Positions 58,730 to 64,000 of a DNA stretch of 64,000 bases are shown here, one piece after another. Positions within the stretch are counted from its first letter, which is position 1. The number at the start of each line of letters is the position of its first letter. The position numbers and the translations under genes were made by a program. Source of the stretch: a virus. Taxonomy: Duplodnaviria > Heunggongvirae > Uroviricota > Caudoviricetes. The notes below the pieces were generated by a model. That model saw nothing but the letters and a program-made list of their open reading frames with translations. It searched no databases and was not told the DNA's origin. The stretch lies in the IMG/VR virus record IMGVR_UViG_3300021255_000031; one strand, written 5' to 3'.

Positions 58730-59368
58730 ATGGTCGATTTTTCTCTTTAAGAAGTTCTACTAATCGAGCATTTTCCCTTCGTAAATTTTTGATTTCTTCC
58801 ATTAGAAAATCAATAATTTTATAAAGATTTTCTTTTTCATTGTCTTGTTCAATTAGCATATTTTCCATTCCTTTCTTTTGTATATTTATTATAACATAAT
58901 TTTTATTAAAAGTCAAATATTTTTGCAAGCAGCCTTACTAATTGTGTATTATCTCTACATAATTTTTTGTCATTTTCTAAATAATATTATATTATAATTT
59001 CTATCAAAAGTCAAATAAAAACCGTTTATAATTTTTATAGGATTGTCAGTTCTACTCAAATTATAAACGGCTGCGTTCTTGATTCGCGGGTCAAGTACGC
59101 GTTGCCTATCTCGAAGGCAAACCGAGCGGATTATCAATGCCGTATTCTCCACGATTCATTTCGCGCTGTGATACACGCCTATACCTTCATGCTATCGGCA
59201 TAGTAGATAGAGAAGAATCTTATGTCACTCCGGAAATGACCTACAAGGCAAGATAAGCTCTTGGCGGTTATTATCGCAAACCACGGTAGCAATTTCTTCT
59301 AGCGTTTTGCTCCATAGCCCCAACGTCAAATCTGTTTCTGCACCATACAGATTTGAAGAAATGGCGCG

Positions 59369-59439
59369 AGCACCATACCCGATTTGAACGGGCGAAGGCT
59401 GTTTGGAGGGCAGCAATGTTACCACTACATCAATGGTGC
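59369..59439 (-). tRNA. tRNA-Gly(UCC)
   Basis: Cloverleaf, CC TCC AA loop, U73. Confidence 0.88.
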
Positions 59440-59465
59440 ATATAGGCGGATATACCGCCTAATTA

Positions 59466-59801
59466 TTATAGCCAATCAAATAAATCAAAGAGAATAGGAA
59501 TGTCTTCAACCTTATTAGAAGAATAGTGATAGGTCTTATATTGTTTAATAAAAGCCTCAAGTTCCTCACGATACTTCCTCTGAGCTTCAACCATCGCCTT
59601 ACGCGCGCTTTCAACCTTGTCGGCCGCAGCTTTACGCTCGGCAGCTTCCTGCTCCTTCTTTTCCTTTAGTTCAGCTGCTTTACGTTCAGCGAGAATCTTA
59701 TCGCGGTTTTCTTGCTCCTTTAGCTTAAATTCCGCATCTTCTGCCGCCTGAACGGTATCATAATACTTATTAGTTTTGTCTGAATAAATTTTAATAGCCA
59801 T
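59466..59801 (-). CDS. Coiled-coil hypothetical protein
   Basis: SD AGGAGA before ATG at 59801; EAAERKAA-type repeats. Confidence 0.6.
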   Translation of the reverse strand: MAIKIYSDKTNKYYDTVQAAEDAEFKLKEQENRDKILAERKAAELKEKKEQEAAERKAAADKVESARKAMVEAQRKYREELEAFIKQYKTYHYSSNKVEDIPILFDLFDWL

Positions 59802-59877
59802 AATATAGTCTCCTTGCGGTTCCCTACCCGCAATTTGTATTTCGTTGATTGGGTTCCTTTCCCCTTTCAACATAATA

Positions 59878-59906
59878 ATTATATCATAAAATTTGAAAAA
59901 AGTCAA
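59878..59906 (-). promoter_or_regulatory. SigA-type promoter at the strand switch
   Basis: TTGACT-17 bp-TATAAT. Confidence 0.8.
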
Positions 59907-59992
59907 ATATTTATGTAATAAAAAAAATAAAATAAAAAGAAGTTAAAAATAGATAATAATCATACTATTAAAATGAAAAAAAGGTCAAAACT

Positions 59993-62023
59993 ATGGAGGT
60001 ATTTATGGCAACATATGTAAAAAATACCTGGGAAAGCGGTGATACGATTACCGCTGCGCTAATGAATCATATAGAAGAAGGATTAGAAACGATTGATAAT
60101 AATTTAGTTTCTTTAGATACAACCTTAATGCAAGAAGGCGATGCCGCGGAAGCAAAGGCAGTTGGAGAACAATTAAATACAAAAGCCAATGTTGATGGCT
60201 ATTATGAAGAGCTTACTTCTGGTAGTACCGAACAATTGCTTTCCTCTAAATTTACAGAGGACGGTGTGCCTTATGTTTATCGCAAAACTGGTGGCTCACT
60301 TGATGTCGGCAATCGTAAGCTTGAAAAGATTGTTGGCGGAACGATTGTGTGGAATCAGTTGTATAAACAGGGAGATACCGATGCTTCTACAACAAGAGAT
60401 AATGTTACTGTTGTGGATCATCGTGATGGAAGCTATACTGTTTCAACGACATCTGAGGGCGCGAGCGCTGATTTTACGCTGTCGCTTCGCGCGAATTTAT
60501 TCCGTATTGGTAATCATGTATATTTTCGCGGTGGCGCGCAAATTGAAAAAGGTATTTGCATTATGGATAACTGGAGCGGCTGGCATCTAAACAATAAAAA
60601 TTATGGCGTTTATAAACGAATTGATGTTACTCCTGATTATCTTGGATATTCTGGCTTCACTCTTTCTATCGCATCTGGCACCATAATTAATGAGCCAATT
60701 ACTTTCTGGCCGCAATACTGTGATTTAACAATGATGTTTGGAAATACCGTGGCTGACTACATTTACTCTATGCAGGGAGCATTATCTAATGCCGGGGCTG
60801 AATTATTTAAAAGTCTGTTTCCATTGACCCACTATGCCTACAATCCCGGCGAGTTGATGAGTGTTCAGACTGCCCAGCATGAAACTATTGGATTCAACCA
60901 GTGGGATGAAGAGTGGGAGCAAGGCACATTTAGCACATCGACTGGCGCGAACATTTCAAGGACTGACCAAATTCGTTCCAAGAATCTGATTCCTGTTATT
61001 CCGGGCGCGAAGTATTGGTTTAGTATGCCAATTGGGGTTGCATGGACGATGTTTTTGGACGAAAATAGAAATATTGTTGATCCACCGGAACTAGATGGCG
61101 CAGCAAGCTGGCTGTCATCTGGGCATTGCGTTGGTATAAGCACACGCACATTTACGATGCCGCTGAACGCCCATTACATTCGTTTCTATATGACTCAATC
61201 ATATGGCAATACATATAAGAATGATATTTGCCTTAACCTCTCCTGGACTGGCTATCGCAACGGAGAGTATGAGCCATATTCCAAACATACTTATGCGTTA
61301 CAAGAAAATCTTACCCTTCGTGGCGTCCCGAAGCTAGATGCGAACAATCATATTTACTATGACGGTGATACATATGAAGCCGATGGAACGGTAACAAGGC
61401 GATACGGTGTGGTAGATTTGGGGACGTTATCGTGGCGGCATGGCGGCGCAGGAGACATCTTCTATGCTGTTGGTTTTGATGGTTACGCTCCATCGAGCAA
61501 TTTCAACTACGTCGGAAATCTTCTGTGCTCTAAATACTTAACTACAACGAGAAATGATGTCAATGGTGGCGACAAACGTATCAGCATCATCAAGAGCGAC
61601 ACGACATATTTGGTCATAAATGATTTGGACTATGCTTCTGACACCGACGCCGTCACCTTCAAAGCTGCCATGTCCGGTGTGATGCTAGTCTATGAGCTTG
61701 CCACTCCAACAACCGAGCAGGCCACATCCTATCCAGAAGTGCAAATCATCGATGATTTCGGCACCGAGCGATTCGTGGATACGCGCGCGGTAGCAATTCC
61801 AGTCGGCCATAGCACGAAGTATATGTCTAACCTTCGTGACAAGCTTCAACATCTGCCAGACCTTGCTGCTTCCGACGGTCTATACATGGTCAAACAGGCT
61901 AATGGTCAGATGACACTCACATCAAGTCCTCTACCCGCCGCGCCTAGTCAAAATGGCACCTATATCCTTAAATGCATTGTATCAAATGGTACGCCTACAT
62001 ATAGTTGGGAGGCTCAGCCATGA
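59993..62023 (+). CDS. Putative tail fibre / receptor-binding structural protein
   Basis: N-terminal TYVKNTWESGDTITAALMNHIEEG tail-fibre-like motif; beta-rich body; first gene of the plus-strand block. Confidence 0.55.
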   Translation: MEVFMATYVKNTWESGDTITAALMNHIEEGLETIDNNLVSLDTTLMQEGDAAEAKAVGEQLNTKANVDGYYEELTSGSTEQLLSSKFTEDGVPYVYRKTGGSLDVGNRKLEKIVGGTIVWNQLYKQGDTDASTTRDNVTVVDHRDGSYTVSTTSEGASADFTLSLRANLFRIGNHVYFRGGAQIEKGICIMDNWSGWHLNNKNYGVYKRIDVTPDYLGYSGFTLSIASGTIINEPITFWPQYCDLTMMFGNTVADYIYSMQGALSNAGAELFKSLFPLTHYAYNPGELMSVQTAQHETIGFNQWDEEWEQGTFSTSTGANISRTDQIRSKNLIPVIPGAKYWFSMPIGVAWTMFLDENRNIVDPPELDGAASWLSSGHCVGISTRTFTMPLNAHYIRFYMTQSYGNTYKNDICLNLSWTGYRNGEYEPYSKHTYALQENLTLRGVPKLDANNHIYYDGDTYEADGTVTRRYGVVDLGTLSWRHGGAGDIFYAVGFDGYAPSSNFNYVGNLLCSKYLTTTRNDVNGGDKRISIIKSDTTYLVINDLDYASDTDAVTFKAAMSGVMLVYELATPTTEQATSYPEVQIIDDFGTERFVDTRAVAIPVGHSTKYMSNLRDKLQHLPDLAASDGLYMVKQANGQMTLTSSPLPAAPSQNGTYILKCIVSNGTPTYSWEAQP

Positions 62024-62188
62024 TAACTTTATATGATGTTATTGATATACGAACAGGTCAGCATTATTCTGTTGTAATTGTAAAATCTCGTAATACAAAA
62101 TGGTTTATATCAGCTAAATAATATTTTCAAAATACTAGTAAATATAGCTGGTGTTTTTACATAAAAAATAGGGAGGAAAAAGGATAAA

Positions 62189-62599
62189 ATGAATAATTTA
62201 TGGAACGATAATCTTTCTGTAAATCATATGAATTCTAATAATTGGAACCCCAATATGAGAATGAATTTATATCCTCAATATGAAATTATTCAGGTTAGCG
62301 GAGAAAATGGGGTTGATGCCTTTCCGATGGGGCCAAATAGTAGTATTCTACTAGCTGACCAAACCGCGCCTATCATCTGGTTAGTCCGAACCGATGGCGC
62401 GGGGTATAAAAGTGTTAAAATCCCATATGATGTTACACCGCACAAAAATGCTCCTCAGATAGATGTAAATAGTCTTGAACAACGAGTTAAACATTTGGAG
62501 GAATTATTGAGTAATGGCAAACAGCAATCCAATAATAGACAATCTAAGAAACAACAACAGCAGTCCAATAATGAACCCAGCGTGGATACAGCAAATTAA
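62189..62599 (+). CDS. Asn/Gln-rich hypothetical protein
   Basis: VSGENGVDAFPMGPNSSILLAD...IIWLVRTDGAG pattern seen in Firmicute phage gene triads. Confidence 0.55.
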   Translation: MNNLWNDNLSVNHMNSNNWNPNMRMNLYPQYEIIQVSGENGVDAFPMGPNSSILLADQTAPIIWLVRTDGAGYKSVKIPYDVTPHKNAPQIDVNSLEQRVKHLEELLSNGKQQSNNRQSKKQQQQSNNEPSVDTAN

Positions 62600-62792
62600 A
62601 GGCGTTATGCAACAAATGCAATATGCCACGAATCCACAGTTGGCTTTAAATCAATTTATGATGTCTAATCCACAATTAGCAAATGCTATGAGTTTTATTC
62701 AACAAAATGGCGGGAATCCTCAAACTGCTTTTTATAATTTAGCAAAGCAAATGAATGTAAATCCAGAAACAGTTCTTAATGCATTAAAATGA
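62514..62792 (+). CDS. Gln/Met-rich hypothetical protein
   Basis: NPQ repeats. Confidence 0.55.
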   Translation: MANSNPIIDNLRNNNSSPIMNPAWIQQIKGVMQQMQYATNPQLALNQFMMSNPQLANAMSFIQQNGGNPQTAFYNLAKQMNVNPETVLNALK

Positions 62793-62838
62793 AGGTAACT
62801 TCATTTTATAAATATATAAATAGGCGAGGTAATTACTT

Positions 62839-63238
62839 ATGAATGAAAGTAATGGACTAACTGCTTCTGATGTTGCTCTCCTAACAGGCAACAACAATGG
62901 TAATCTCGGTGGCGGCTGGGGCGGCATGATTTGGCTATTTGCTATCCTTGCACTTATGGGCGGCGGCTTCAACGGTGGATTTGGCAACGGTGGCTATCGT
63001 CCTCAGTATGCAACACAAGATTTTGTGCAAGCCGGCATGAACTTCTCTGATTTACAAAATCAGAACAGAGATATCTTAACAGCAATTACTAATGGCACTG
63101 CTTCTGCGGTTTCTGCCGCGAAAGAAGCCGAATATGAGAGTGTCGCAGTTGCAAAAGATATTCAAAGCACTATTATTTCTCAGATTGGTGATGTAAAAGC
63201 CAATCAAATGCAATTACTAGCTAATCAGAATGACTGCT
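62839..63238 (+). CDS. Gly-rich, membrane-anchored hypothetical protein, exon 1 (interrupted by an intron)
   Basis: GGGWGGMIWLFAILALMGGG; reading frame enters the intron after AAT GAC TGC T. Confidence 0.7.
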
Positions 63239-64000
63239 ATGAAAACAATGGTAGTTTAGCGGCGTAATCCGCTATGGCAATCGGGTGAATTGCTGGAAGG
63301 CTAAATTTACAAATATGGAGAATTAAAATGGAAGATAAAAAATATTATGTATATAAATGGTATAATATTGATACTAATGAAGTCTTTTATATAGGAAAAG
63401 GATGTAGAAACAGAAGCGGACAAATTTCTTGTAGGAACGAAATCTTCAAAGAATATTATAATACACATAACTGCGATGTAGAACGAATTGAATTTTTTGA
63501 AACTGAAGAAGAAGCTTTACGACGAGAACACGAGTTAATTCTCGAATATAAAGCTAAAAATGAAGCAATAGCCAATTTGGATGATGGCGGAAAAGGTGGT
63601 TTAGCTTTCTCTTGGACTCTTGAAATGAAAGAATATAAATCTTTACATAACCCGATGAAAGATGCAAGTCAAAAAAAGAGAATGTCTGAAAATAATCCAA
63701 TGAAAAATCCAGAAACAGCTAAAAAAGTTGCTTTAAAAAATAGTCGTGCAGTTATTATCGATGGTATTAAATATACTAGTGTTATAGAAGCGGCAAGACA
63801 ATTAAAAGTAGCAGAACCAACAATAAGAGACTGGTGCCGTCATGGTTATGATACTAACGGATTAATTTGTCGCTATGAAGATGAGCTAAATAAAGAATTT
63901 CCTCCATTTACAAGAAATATTAAATCCTATTATATAGGAGTCTATATTGATAATAAATATTATACTAATCTTCGAGATGCGGCCAAAGATAACGATTTCA
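63239..64000 (+). mobile_element. Group I intron (partial; runs off the window)
   Basis: P1: exon GACUGCU pairs with IGS GGUAGUU, with a U-G pair at the splice site. P2 AGCGG/CCGCT; then AATCGGGTGAATTGCTGGAA (P3/P4). Confidence 0.88.
63328..64000 (+). CDS. Intron-encoded GIY-YIG homing endonuclease (partial)
   Basis: YVYKWYNIDTNEVFYIGKG; NPMK (NUMOD3-like) repeats; NUMOD1-like tail; open to the window end. Confidence 0.88.
   Translation, partial: MEDKKYYVYKWYNIDTNEVFYIGKGCRNRSGQISCRNEIFKEYYNTHNCDVERIEFFETEEEALRREHELILEYKAKNEAIANLDDGGKGGLAFSWTLEMKEYKSLHNPMKDASQKKRMSENNPMKNPETAKKVALKNSRAVIIDGIKYTSVIEAARQLKVAEPTIRDWCRHGYDTNGLICRYEDELNKEFPPFTRNIKSYYIGVYIDNKYYTNLRDAAKDNDF

Noticed and set aside
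59000-59365. Intact tmRNA gene
   Set aside because: No G3-U70 acceptor/T-arm/CCA end and no short Ala-ending tag frame; kept only as an unassigned RNA candidate.
1-59900. Plus-strand ORF-track entries opposite minus-strand genes (e.g. 27944-28603, 38154-38618, 1180-1455)
   Set aside because: Antisense shadows of real genes; no SD, no motifs, low-complexity translation.
1-64000. Genome-wide stop-codon reassignment (TAG/TGA read-through)
   Set aside because: Long genes are intact under the standard code and no suppressor tRNA was found. The dnaE TAG also needs a frame change, so read-through alone would not fix it.

Overview
This window looks like part of a large (probably jumbo) tailed-phage genome infecting a low-GC Firmicute; the host is inferred from SigA-type promoters, strong SD sites and gene content. 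Almost everything from 1 to about 59.9 kb is on the minus strand. Region 1-18 kb is a replication module: DnaE-type Pol III alpha, RecJ, primase, DnaB, Sak4-like ATPase, SSB-like protein and GyrA/GyrB. An iteron-type origin candidate lies at about 21 kb. Region 22-49 kb holds nucleotide, RNA-repair, lysis and accessory genes. Region 49.2-59.5 kb is an array of 22 tRNA genes plus many tRNA-like and large structured RNAs. A divergent plus-strand block starts at about 60 kb. Four group I introns interrupt dnaE (two), recJ and a plus-strand gene. Three observations stand out. (1) Four tRNA genes (Thr-UGU, Lys-UUU, Leu-CAA, Asn-GUU) have a second tRNA-like unit inserted in the anticodon loop; each runs from an acceptor-stem G+1 to the discriminator or CCA, and removing it restores a normal 72-73 nt tRNA. 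(2) Nine copies of a helix-YAGC(A/C)A-cargo-helix RNA scaffold carry anticodon stem-loops or circularly permuted tRNA modules (YrlA/Y-RNA-like); the same genome encodes a TROVE/vWA (Ro60-like) protein, an RNA ligase, a polynucleotide kinase and phosphoesterases. (3) The dnaE PHP motif is broken by an 8-nt gap with the layout of a translational bypass (AAU-UAG-GG-AAC). All calls are by eye from motifs; no database searches were run.
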